Shown piece by piece: positions 47,097 to 53,806 of a DNA stretch of 53,806 nucleotides. The stretch is from a virus (lineage: Duplodnaviria; Caudoviricetes). A model generated the notes under the pieces. That model made no database searches and had not been told where the DNA came from. It saw only the letters and a program-made list of their open reading frames with translations. The DNA lies in the IMG/VR virus record IMGVR_UViG_3300030098_005088, positions 1-53,806 of that record; one strand, given 5' to 3'. The translations under genes and the position numbers were made by a program. Positions within the stretch are counted from its first letter, which is position 1. Each line of letters begins with the position of its first letter.

Positions 47097-47681
47097 TTAC
47101 TCAGGCATTCCTGCGAAGATGTCCGTAGTGTCATCTCCTTCGTTTATTACCTTGTCGAACTCTTCATGTTCGGTTGTATCAGATACAAAGCCATTAGTAC
47201 TTTCTGAGGGATGCTGTTTTCCAACAACATAATCATTATAGTATTTTTCACATGACTTTTTCCAATAATTAACATCATTTGAGCTGAATTTCTCAACTTG
47301 ATTTTCGAACTCTGTTGGAGCTACGTTAGGTAAAACTCGGAAGTAATCACCTTCTTTGTATAAGAAGAGATTTAGTTGTTTGTTAGCTAATTGTCCAGGT
47401 GAATCATCTATCTGTACTAAAGATTCTCCATCTTCAGCAGAAGATACTGATTGTATACCTGCATTAGCGAATCGGAATATTCTTCCAATTGCGAACTCTT
47501 CTCCGTCCTTGCCTTTTTTTGCATATACCCTTAAATTAAGTGATTCGGGGTAGTCTTTAAACCAGATATCAAGAAATTTAGTTCCTTGCCAATCTCCATA
47601 AGCTGCCTTATGAATAGTTGCTAGATTCCATCCTTCTTGAAAGTTTCCGCCACCACCTTTCTTAATCGTTAGTGTTCTCAT
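47097..47681 (-). CDS. Putative single-stranded DNA-binding protein
   Basis: OB-like beta N-half, acidic disordered tail; directly after the Sak4-like gene. Confidence 0.55.
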   Translation of the reverse strand: MRTLTIKKGGGGNFQEGWNLATIHKAAYGDWQGTKFLDIWFKDYPESLNLRVYAKKGKDGEEFAIGRIFRFANAGIQSVSSAEDGESLVQIDDSPGQLANKQLNLFLYKEGDYFRVLPNVAPTEFENQVEKFSSNDVNYWKKSCEKYYNDYVVGKQHPSESTNGFVSDTTEHEEFDKVINEGDDTTDIFAGMPE

Positions 47682-48438
47682 TTGAATCCTCCTCGTTTAC
47701 TTTAGTTAAGGTTTGCAATGCGAAGGTTTTACCACTACCAGGAGAGCCGATAATAAGAATTCTACAATTCTCAAATCCTCTTTCATTAGCTGCAGCTATA
47801 ACCTTGCTATAGTCTTGATCCATTTCAACTGGAAGCAAGCTAGTTCTATCTTTAGCGTGATCATACATCTCGCTTCTTTTGGTTACCCATTTAAAAACTC
47901 TTGAATTATCAGGAGCAGTTGTAGTTTTACAATAGAATACGAAATCAAACCATTTAGATATATCTTCTTTAGTAGAACCATCGATATACGGAGTTAATTT
48001 TGTTGTTCCATCATCCATTGTAGATGTTTTTGAATGGCATGTACATATTACTACTCCAGGTAATCTGCTTATAAACTCTAGAGCTACATCTAAAGTATTT
48101 TTAAGCCTTCCCCAATCTTGTAGTTTTAGTTTACCATCTTTATCAGTTAAACTTCTCATATATTTCTTAGATAGTTCACTGAAAGTATCTAATACAATAG
48201 CGTCAACAGTTGTGCCATTCTTTGGTATTACTTGACTAGAAGTTTCAGGAATTTCTAATCCACCAATTTTATGTATTACTTCTGTTTTCTTTGTTGTATA
48301 GATTTGAGCGATTGTTCTTTGAAAGTCTACCCAAGAGGTAGGACTTAAGACTGGAAAACCAAACATCTTGGAAATGTGCTCTTTACTTCCAATAGTTTGA
48401 TGTCCGCGTTCTAGGTCAAACATGAGTACTTTACGCAT
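47662..48438 (-). CDS. Sak4/AAA_24-like ATPase, circularly permuted
   Basis: Starts at KVLMFDLERG, has AIVLDTFSEL, QDWG, CTCHSK, FDFVFY, HAKDRT; Walker A ILIIGSPGSGKT at aa 231-238. Confidence 0.85.
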   Translation of the reverse strand: MRKVLMFDLERGHQTIGSKEHISKMFGFPVLSPTSWVDFQRTIAQIYTTKKTEVIHKIGGLEIPETSSQVIPKNGTTVDAIVLDTFSELSKKYMRSLTDKDGKLKLQDWGRLKNTLDVALEFISRLPGVVICTCHSKTSTMDDGTTKLTPYIDGSTKEDISKWFDFVFYCKTTTAPDNSRVFKWVTKRSEMYDHAKDRTSLLPVEMDQDYSKVIAAANERGFENCRILIIGSPGSGKTFALQTLTKVNEEDSNENTND

Positions 48439-48487
48439 GATTTCTCTCCTTCTTTTTTATTATATAATTAGTAACATTCGGGTCTAT

Positions 48488-48516
48488 AATATAAGACAAT
48501 TATCTATATTATACAA
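48488..48516 (-). promoter_or_regulatory. Sigma70-like promoter for the replication operon
   Basis: TTGTAT-N17-TATATT on the - strand. Confidence 0.55.
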
Positions 48517-48523
48517 GTATTTA

Positions 48524-49045
48524 TTAACATATCTGAAAGCCTCCGCTCTCTCCGACAAATGTAGCAAATCTTCTTACATTTTCTTCAGCAAAAGGATAGT
48601 TTCTTGAAAATGAATCAGGTTCTTCTTCATCTGTCAATCTTTGATATTCTTCTTCATATTCTTTAACAGTGCCATTATCCAATAATCTCACTAATCTTTT
48701 AGATATTTTTTTAGATTTTGCTTTGCTTATTACTTTCCCATCATTATAGCTTCCAGCATTCATCTCTTCTTCACTCAGAATATCACTACATTGCTGACAA
48801 ACAAAGTGCCATAAAGGTCTCCACCACCATACATTGTTTCTAAAATATACACCTGGATTATCCTCTTCATATCTTTCCATACTATTCCAGTATTTCTTTC
48901 TATCTTCAGACGTTAAACCTTCTAGCAATTTATGTTGTTCTTTAAAATCTTCCAATAATTCTAATTCTGAATAAATTGGATATAAAGTTGTATCAGTTTT
49001 CTCAGTATTAATCTGAGGTTTTACTCCATAAACATCGAATCCCAT
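48524..49045 (-). CDS. Phage hypothetical protein
   Basis: MGFDVYG...YFRNNVWWWRPLW...FVGESGGFQIC; AGGAG SD. Confidence 0.75.
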   Translation of the reverse strand: MGFDVYGVKPQINTEKTDTTLYPIYSELELLEDFKEQHKLLEGLTSEDRKKYWNSMERYEEDNPGVYFRNNVWWWRPLWHFVCQQCSDILSEEEMNAGSYNDGKVISKAKSKKISKRLVRLLDNGTVKEYEEEYQRLTDEEEPDSFSRNYPFAEENVRRFATFVGESGGFQIC

Positions 49046-49054
49046 ATTTCTCTC

Positions 49055-49267
49055 CTATTCTTTTCTATATTTCATTTCTCTTCTTAGTAAAGCTTTATTA
49101 CTTTGCTTTTTAATTTCATGATATTTCTTTTGAATATCCATAAAAGTATCTAAGTCTTTCATCTTCATTTGACAATCCATCACTTCTAAGAACTCCCATA
49201 ATTCATCAATATATTCTACCAATGTTGCAGTAGTTCTGCTTTGTAGTATTGTTTCATCTAAGTACAT
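49055..49267 (-). CDS. Hypothetical protein
   Basis: AGGAG SD. Confidence 0.65.
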   Translation of the reverse strand: MYLDETILQSRTTATLVEYIDELWEFLEVMDCQMKMKDLDTFMDIQKKYHEIKKQSNKALLRREMKYRKE

Positions 49268-49294
49268 TTTTTCTCCTAATTAAATTATAAGTTA

Positions 49295-49390
49295 TTAGAG
49301 AGAATGCCTGCGTTTTGCGTATGCAGTATTGATATAATCTCATGCTTCATCGACTTATTGAGTGTCTTCTCGGGACTTACATCTCTCTAA
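49295..49390 (-). ncRNA. Candidate structured element A (closed four-way junction)
   Basis: TTAGAGAGA/TCTCTCTAA closing stem with three short internal stems; strand tentative. Confidence 0.35.
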
Positions 49391-49397
49391 ATTATTA

Positions 49398-49552
49398 ATA
49401 GTTGATATGCTACGGAGGACGCCGCCGAGGTAGCACTCGACCTGGACCTTTAGTTACCAGGGACATGGGGTGGAGGCGTCACGGTATCGCTGCTGTTTAC
49501 GGGGTAAACTCCCTGTCTGCACGATTCGTTTGCTTGTCCTATATCAAACTAT
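49398..49552. ncRNA. Candidate structured element B (GC-rich, potential double pseudoknot)
   Basis: Closing stem, GACGCC/GGCGTC, CCTGG/CCAGG, CGAG/CTCG, GTTTAC/GTAAAC and crossing TGCTAC/GTAGCA pairing. Confidence 0.5.
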
Positions 49553-49561
49553 TTCAAATTT

Positions 49562-49649
49562 AGGGGTAGCGTTTAGGATTCTAGTAGCTGATTCTATTGG
49601 TATTGTTTGACACATCATCAGTTGCTAGCATTGGATCGATACTACCCCT
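49562..49649. ncRNA. Candidate structured element C (long interrupted hairpin)
   Basis: AGGGGTAG/CTACCCCT and CTAGTAGCTGAT/ATCAGTTGCTAG stems. Confidence 0.4.
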
Positions 49650-49664
49650 CTCCTCCGCACAAAA

Positions 49665-50348
49665 CTATCTAGCAAGAACCTTCTCCATAGTCATACTAGG
49701 GAAATGAAATGATATAAATTTATCATAAGGTTGTCTTGTTGTTAGTTTTCTCACAGTATTAGAAATAAATGAACCACTCATATTGGAACAATAGCTGGTT
49801 GCTTTTGCATTACAGGGTTCAGGATCACCAGATTCATCTGAGTACCATGTTGAATTGTATTGCGGAACTGTTGGATATTTGAGGACATATTGTTGATAAT
49901 GCTCAGCACCCATTCTACCGTCTATCATTGCAAAAGGAGATAATTTCTTATCAGCACAGATTTTTTCTACAGCATTTAATCTAGCTTTCATACTATCAAA
50001 GGCTAGTATTACTATATCTTTTCTATTTTGATAAGATATTTGTTCAAACATTCCTATATTTATCTCAACGTATAAATTACCAGGAATAGATTCTAAATGT
50101 TTTTTCAAAGCTCTAACTTTAAACTCATTTACATCTTCCTTGGTATATAAAGATACGCCAAGATTTTCTATTGCTACTTTATCTAAATCATATAGATAGA
50201 AATCATCAGCCCCCATTCTACGTAATTGCATAGCAGTACAACTACCTATAGCTCCACATCCTAAGATATGAAAAGAGTGCTCATGTAAGTTATTTACTAA
50301 TCCAGAGGATCTTTCGTTAAATTCCATGTAAATATCCTCCATATCCAT
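49665..50348 (-). CDS. ThiF/MoeB-family E1-like (ubiquitin-activating) enzyme
   Basis: ILGCGAIGS, YDLDKVAIENL, FKVRAL, AFDSMKAR, IDGRMG, candidate catalytic Cys in EPCNAK. Confidence 0.92.
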   Translation of the reverse strand: MDMEDIYMEFNERSSGLVNNLHEHSFHILGCGAIGSCTAMQLRRMGADDFYLYDLDKVAIENLGVSLYTKEDVNEFKVRALKKHLESIPGNLYVEINIGMFEQISYQNRKDIVILAFDSMKARLNAVEKICADKKLSPFAMIDGRMGAEHYQQYVLKYPTVPQYNSTWYSDESGDPEPCNAKATSYCSNMSGSFISNTVRKLTTRQPYDKFISFHFPSMTMEKVLAR

Positions 50349-51276
50349 CGTCTATATCTTCATATTCTACAAAATCATGGTCATCGTTATGTTGAATAGC
50401 ATCAAATAATTCACCTTTATGCATTAGAATTATCTTATATTGAAAGCCTTCTTCATCAGCTTGAGCATTGATTTTATTGACTCTGTTTTTATATTTAGTA
50501 TAACTTAATTCACCCATAATGTAATTATGGTTTAGTTCTTTAACTGAATCTACCATATTTAGATATTCTTTAATATCTTCAGGAGATTGACTTAAAGCTT
50601 GAGTTGTTGGATTATTTAACATTGGTTCATGAATTGGTTTATCCCACAGAGTAGCTTGTTGTTGATTTCCAGTTAGTTTATATCCTGTAGTTCTTGCAGT
50701 TCCCCATCCTGAATAGCCTGAGTAACCTTTATGAATTACAGTTTCTTTACTACATAGTTCTTCTACTTCTGTTTGAATAGCATCAGGTACAGTTTTACCT
50801 TCTAATCCTATTACTTCAAACTCTACGTCTTGATGAATTTCTATTGGTTTCCAAATAGATACTCTAAATTTATATTCTTGTTTTAAATTTATAACAAGAG
50901 CAAAACTTATATCTCCTTCATTAAATTCATCAATAGCTGTTAAGTCTGTTGAGCTCCAGAATGCTGCCATAGTATGATGTGAATGCCACCAACAAAATCT
51001 AAAATTCATATCTTTATATTTCATTGCTGTTTTTCCATAATACTGCGCTAATGCATCTTTGTCTAGGTCACAGTTACCTCCACTAACTTCCTGTTTAAGT
51101 ATTACTGGGTCCATTAACACCCAATCACCCTTTTTAATATCTGTTTTTTCTGAATCACTTGGAGACTCAACCATAACAGCCATACCTCCTATTTCAGCTT
51201 TCCATTTATTATAAGCATGTTGAGCATAATGATGCATTTTCATCCAGTTTTTATGAGTTGTTAAGAAACGGTTCAT
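50317..51276 (-). CDS. JAB/MPN+ (JAMM) metallo-isopeptidase with C-terminal extension
   Basis: AEIGG (Glu) and WWHSHHTMAAFWSSTD = HxH-x7-S-x2-D. Confidence 0.9.
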   Translation of the reverse strand: MNRFLTTHKNWMKMHHYAQHAYNKWKAEIGGMAVMVESPSDSEKTDIKKGDWVLMDPVILKQEVSGGNCDLDKDALAQYYGKTAMKYKDMNFRFCWWHSHHTMAAFWSSTDLTAIDEFNEGDISFALVINLKQEYKFRVSIWKPIEIHQDVEFEVIGLEGKTVPDAIQTEVEELCSKETVIHKGYSGYSGWGTARTTGYKLTGNQQQATLWDKPIHEPMLNNPTTQALSQSPEDIKEYLNMVDSVKELNHNYIMGELSYTKYKNRVNKINAQADEEGFQYKIILMHKGELFDAIQHNDDHDFVEYEDIDDGYGGYLHGI

Positions 51277-53029
51277 CGTCTGGTTCCTCCCATTGTTGCA
51301 TTATAGTTTCCTCTGAAACATTCTCTGCTTCAGCTTGTTCTTCTTCTGTTATTTCAGGTAGATGGTCATTCCTTCTATTGTGAGGATGGTCGTCTCTGTC
51401 ATCATATGATTCAGATGTATATTCCCCATTGTCTCGCAATTCATAGTTAGGATCTTCAGCATCCGCTGCTCTTTCCATTGAAGTTCTATTAACATTAATA
51501 GGTTGTGCTGTTTGACCATTTGCTGCCATTTGTGCTAGTATTCTATCTTCTTTAGCTTTTTGTGAAGCTTTCTTTCTTTCTTCTGGGTCTTCATTAGCTA
51601 ACTCACGTAAACCATCAAATACATTACTGTTTAAATAACAATTAACAAATGTATAAAGACTATCTGCTTTATCTTCATTGCTTAATCTATCATATAAACT
51701 ATCCCACTCTATATGAAGGTTAATCATAGTATCGTAATATTCTCCAATAGTCTGATCGTCTAGTCCTTCATGTAGCTGGTTTTGAAAATATACTCTTATA
51801 TCACTATCAGTAAATCCTTTATGAGTAAGAAAGTCTTGAAATATTTTCGATATCTCACTTTCACTATACTTTACACTTAATATTTGATATATTGTACAAT
51901 TTCCTCTATTTTCGCATTTGTCGTTATCACATATTTGTTGTACATGAGAATAATCTTCTATGACAGTTCTATCATCAGCCTCTCTTAATCCACTTACTAT
52001 TTGGCATCTTTCATGTCTTCCTATTACATCATACATTTCAGTAGGGAATATTGAAGGTTTGCCTACAAAAGTATCTCTTATATTATTAAGAGGATTAGTC
52101 GAAGGAACTCTATATATACTGTTCCATATATTTAGCATAGTTAATGCTTCTTCTAGTTCCAGTTTATATATATGTGTTTGTATTTGTTTACCTAAATCAC
52201 CTAAACATATTTGGTTTCTTACATTATAGTTAGTCAAGATATTTTCTTCATTATTTGCATTAGTACGCTCATATGGAGACCTATATCTTCTAGATATATA
52301 AGGATGCTGTTTAAAGTATCTAGTACCAAAATAATATCCATATATGTCCATTTTATTTCCTCTGCTATAATATCCATCACGAAAGGCAGGATTGCATCCG
52401 CTAATAAAGTTGTTTAAGTGTTTAAACATATTAACAGAAAATAATAACTGCACTTTATGTCTAGGTATTTCTCCTATTAGTTGATCTTGATTAAACAATG
52501 AGAAATGTCCTTCAGGTAAATCTATAACTATATTCCATGTAAATCTTCTATACGATGGTGCCCCAGTATCTTCATTATATATTGGGTTAATAGTTACTGA
52601 TACATTATCAATAGATGATATTTCATTCATTCTACTTTTTATAGAATCAAAAGCATCTTCTATTTGCTCTGTATTGTCAGTCATTACAATGTTTTGCCTA
52701 GTTAAATGATTTCTCATATCTTCTATTTTTAGTATATCTCTCTTAAAATTATTAGCACTATAGCTATAAGAGCTCATTCTGTCAAATATAGAATACATTC
52801 CGCTAGGTTTCATTTTAAATCTTAAGCCTTCATTAGCATAAGATGTCTTTATGGTATTATAAGTACCTGGAGACCAATAAAACTTTTTAGTAAGTTTTAC
52901 ATTAGTTCCCCATCTTGAATTGAATCGTTCTAATTCTTCTAATATTTCTGCTTGCGGTCCAAGGAATATGTTATTTGCCACCTCTTCAATATTAGGGTTG
53001 AACTCATCTATTTGCATTATTTCATTCAT
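51251..53029 (-). CDS. Large protein with a prokaryotic E2/UBC-like core
   Basis: HPYIS...QICLGD...TMLNIW...TNPLN, resembling the E2 HPN(I)...(I)CL signature; lies between Ubl and JAB. Confidence 0.7.
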   Translation of the reverse strand: MNEIMQIDEFNPNIEEVANNIFLGPQAEILEELERFNSRWGTNVKLTKKFYWSPGTYNTIKTSYANEGLRFKMKPSGMYSIFDRMSSYSYSANNFKRDILKIEDMRNHLTRQNIVMTDNTEQIEDAFDSIKSRMNEISSIDNVSVTINPIYNEDTGAPSYRRFTWNIVIDLPEGHFSLFNQDQLIGEIPRHKVQLLFSVNMFKHLNNFISGCNPAFRDGYYSRGNKMDIYGYYFGTRYFKQHPYISRRYRSPYERTNANNEENILTNYNVRNQICLGDLGKQIQTHIYKLELEEALTMLNIWNSIYRVPSTNPLNNIRDTFVGKPSIFPTEMYDVIGRHERCQIVSGLREADDRTVIEDYSHVQQICDNDKCENRGNCTIYQILSVKYSESEISKIFQDFLTHKGFTDSDIRVYFQNQLHEGLDDQTIGEYYDTMINLHIEWDSLYDRLSNEDKADSLYTFVNCYLNSNVFDGLRELANEDPEERKKASQKAKEDRILAQMAANGQTAQPINVNRTSMERAADAEDPNYELRDNGEYTSESYDDRDDHPHNRRNDHLPEITEEEQAEAENVSEETIMQQWEEPDDEPFLNNS

Positions 53030-53047
53030 TTGCCCTCCAAGGTTGTA

Positions 53048-53104
53048 TAAAAGGGAAATATATACTAATATCCTCCGACAAGATATATTCTACACCTCCC
53101 TTTT
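53048..53104 (-). terminator. Stem-loop with U tract between Ubl and E2 (terminator/attenuator)
   Basis: AAAAGGGAGGUGUA/UAUAUUUCCCUUUU with three G-U pairs on the - strand. Confidence 0.6.
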
Positions 53105-53120
53105 AAATGATTAAAGTTTA

Positions 53121-53363
53121 CTATCCGATTACATAATAGACAACTGATTCTAACCCACCAGTTTTATTATTTTGGACAGCTGCTATTATTTGACCATCTG
53201 ATAATTCAAAATCGTCTGTTCTAACAACTCCATCAACACTTACTGACGCACCTGAAGCTATATCAAGTTCAGTTCTTAAAGCTCCAACTGTACCTGCATT
53301 TACTTCTTGTTCTTCAAATCCACCACCTGATAGTATTCTTACTTTTTTACTTGCGTTTGCCAT
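53121..53363 (-). CDS. Ubiquitin-like (beta-grasp) protein with GG plus 10-aa C-terminal extension
   Basis: KVRILSGG, GTVGALR, SVSVDG, DFELSDGQII, KTGG-LESVVYYVIG; AAGGAG SD. Confidence 0.88.
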   Translation of the reverse strand: MANASKKVRILSGGGFEEQEVNAGTVGALRTELDIASGASVSVDGVVRTDDFELSDGQIIAAVQNNKTGGLESVVYYVIG

Positions 53364-53374
53364 TTGGCTTCTCC

Positions 53375-53518
53375 TTATTTATCTTTATTATTATCTCGTT
53401 TTACTTCTTTCCATTTACTTTTAGGAATATATTTCCATTCATCAGAGTTAACTAAGGAATATGCTACATCGTCAGCTACTCTTTTGATCTCACCATTACT
53501 ATGTTGGATACATTTCAT
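53375..53518 (-). CDS. Small hypothetical protein (47 aa, MKCIQHSNGEIKRVADD...WKYIPKSKWKE)
   Basis: Manual translation; AGGAG SD; TGATG coupling to the upstream 2H gene. Confidence 0.65.
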   Translation of the reverse strand: MKCIQHSNGEIKRVADDVAYSLVNSDEWKYIPKSKWKEVKRDNNKDK

Positions 53519-53806
53519 CAGAATCTCCTCGATTTATCCATCATTCTCTTATCACTTCGATATATATCAAAGTACCCTATACGCTCTATAGGATTAGTGA
53601 ACACGGTATAAAACTTAGATTTTGCTAATAATTCCATATCAGTAGATGCAGATAATAATTCTGTCAATCTAATTCCAGCTTCTTGTTTAGGAAAATCACC
53701 AGATGTTATAGTAACATGTAAAGCTCTATTATTGTTTGGTTGTGTTTCAATAAGTTGTCCATTATCTGTTAATATATTAACATGTATAGCACATACTTCA
53801 TCATTA
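53518..53806 (-). CDS. 2H phosphoesterase-like protein, C-terminal part
   Basis: Continues the frame from 271->1; contains the second HVT motif; stop TGA at 53518-53520. Confidence 0.7.
   Translation of the reverse strand, partial: NDEVCAIHVNILTDNGQLIETQPNNNRALHVTITSGDFPKQEAGIRLTELLSASTDMELLAKSKFYTVFTNPIERIGYFDIYRSDKRMMDKSRRF
53712..53806. repeat. Terminal direct repeat / assembly overlap, right copy
   Basis: Matches 1-95 with one mismatch. Confidence 0.95.

Noticed and set aside
49488-49520. SRP-like CAGG...AGCAG motif on the - strand
   Set aside because: The loop is CCC rather than GNRA and the spacing does not fit SRP helix 8
49398-49552. HDV/theta, hammerhead or retron msr-msd identity
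   Set aside because: Could not fit HDV topology or the hammerhead core; no reverse transcriptase in the genome
49665-53363. Thiamine or molybdopterin biosynthesis (ThiS/ThiF) auxiliary metabolic genes
   Set aside because: No ThiG/MoaE/sulfurtransferase; an E2-like gene and JAB are present; E1 lacks zinc motifs. Not formally excluded
1-53806. Alternative genetic code (TAG or TGA recoding)
   Set aside because: Long genes are intact under code 11, TGA and TAG end genes at coupled junctions, and Trp is TGG
1-53806. tRNA genes, CRISPR array, integrase, transposase, DGR, DNA polymerase
   Set aside because: None recognised by eye; absence needs confirmation with tRNAscan-SE and HMM searches
1-53806. 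Archaeal virus, given the ubiquitin-like system and AEP/PriL-like primase
   Set aside because: The M15 peptidoglycan peptidase and sigma70-like promoters indicate a bacterial host; the exact host cannot be determined from sequence alone

Overview
The window is very probably a complete, circularly assembled genome of an AT-rich tailed dsDNA bacteriophage, about 53.7 kb unique, with a 95-bp terminal overlap (1-95 = 53712-53806, one mismatch). It is podovirus-like in organisation. The host is bacterial, since it encodes an M15 peptidoglycan peptidase. The + strand arm (3123-42733) holds terS/terL, endolysin, P22-like portal, scaffold, major capsid, tail genes, a metallophosphoesterase, holin-like genes, ejection proteins and a 3124-aa protein with crAss-type two-barrel RNA polymerase motifs (DFDLD). 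The - strand arm runs from 2893 across the contig junction down to 42752. It carries early/host-takeover genes, then replication genes (AEP primase-helicase, Hjc-like resolvase, SSB-like, Gp157-like, circularly permuted Sak4-like ATPase). Top finding: a complete phage-encoded ubiquitin-like conjugation operon (Ubl with a masked di-glycine, large E2-like protein, JAB/JAMM peptidase, ThiF/E1) at 49665-53363. Upstream of it is a 2H phosphoesterase (Acb1-like candidate) visible only when the contig is circularised. Also notable are an ~850-nt highly structured non-coding RNA candidate (GOLLD/ROOL-like) and three tandem structured elements downstream of the E1. No DNA polymerase, integrase, tRNA or CRISPR array was recognised. 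All family assignments are by-eye motif recognition, not database hits.
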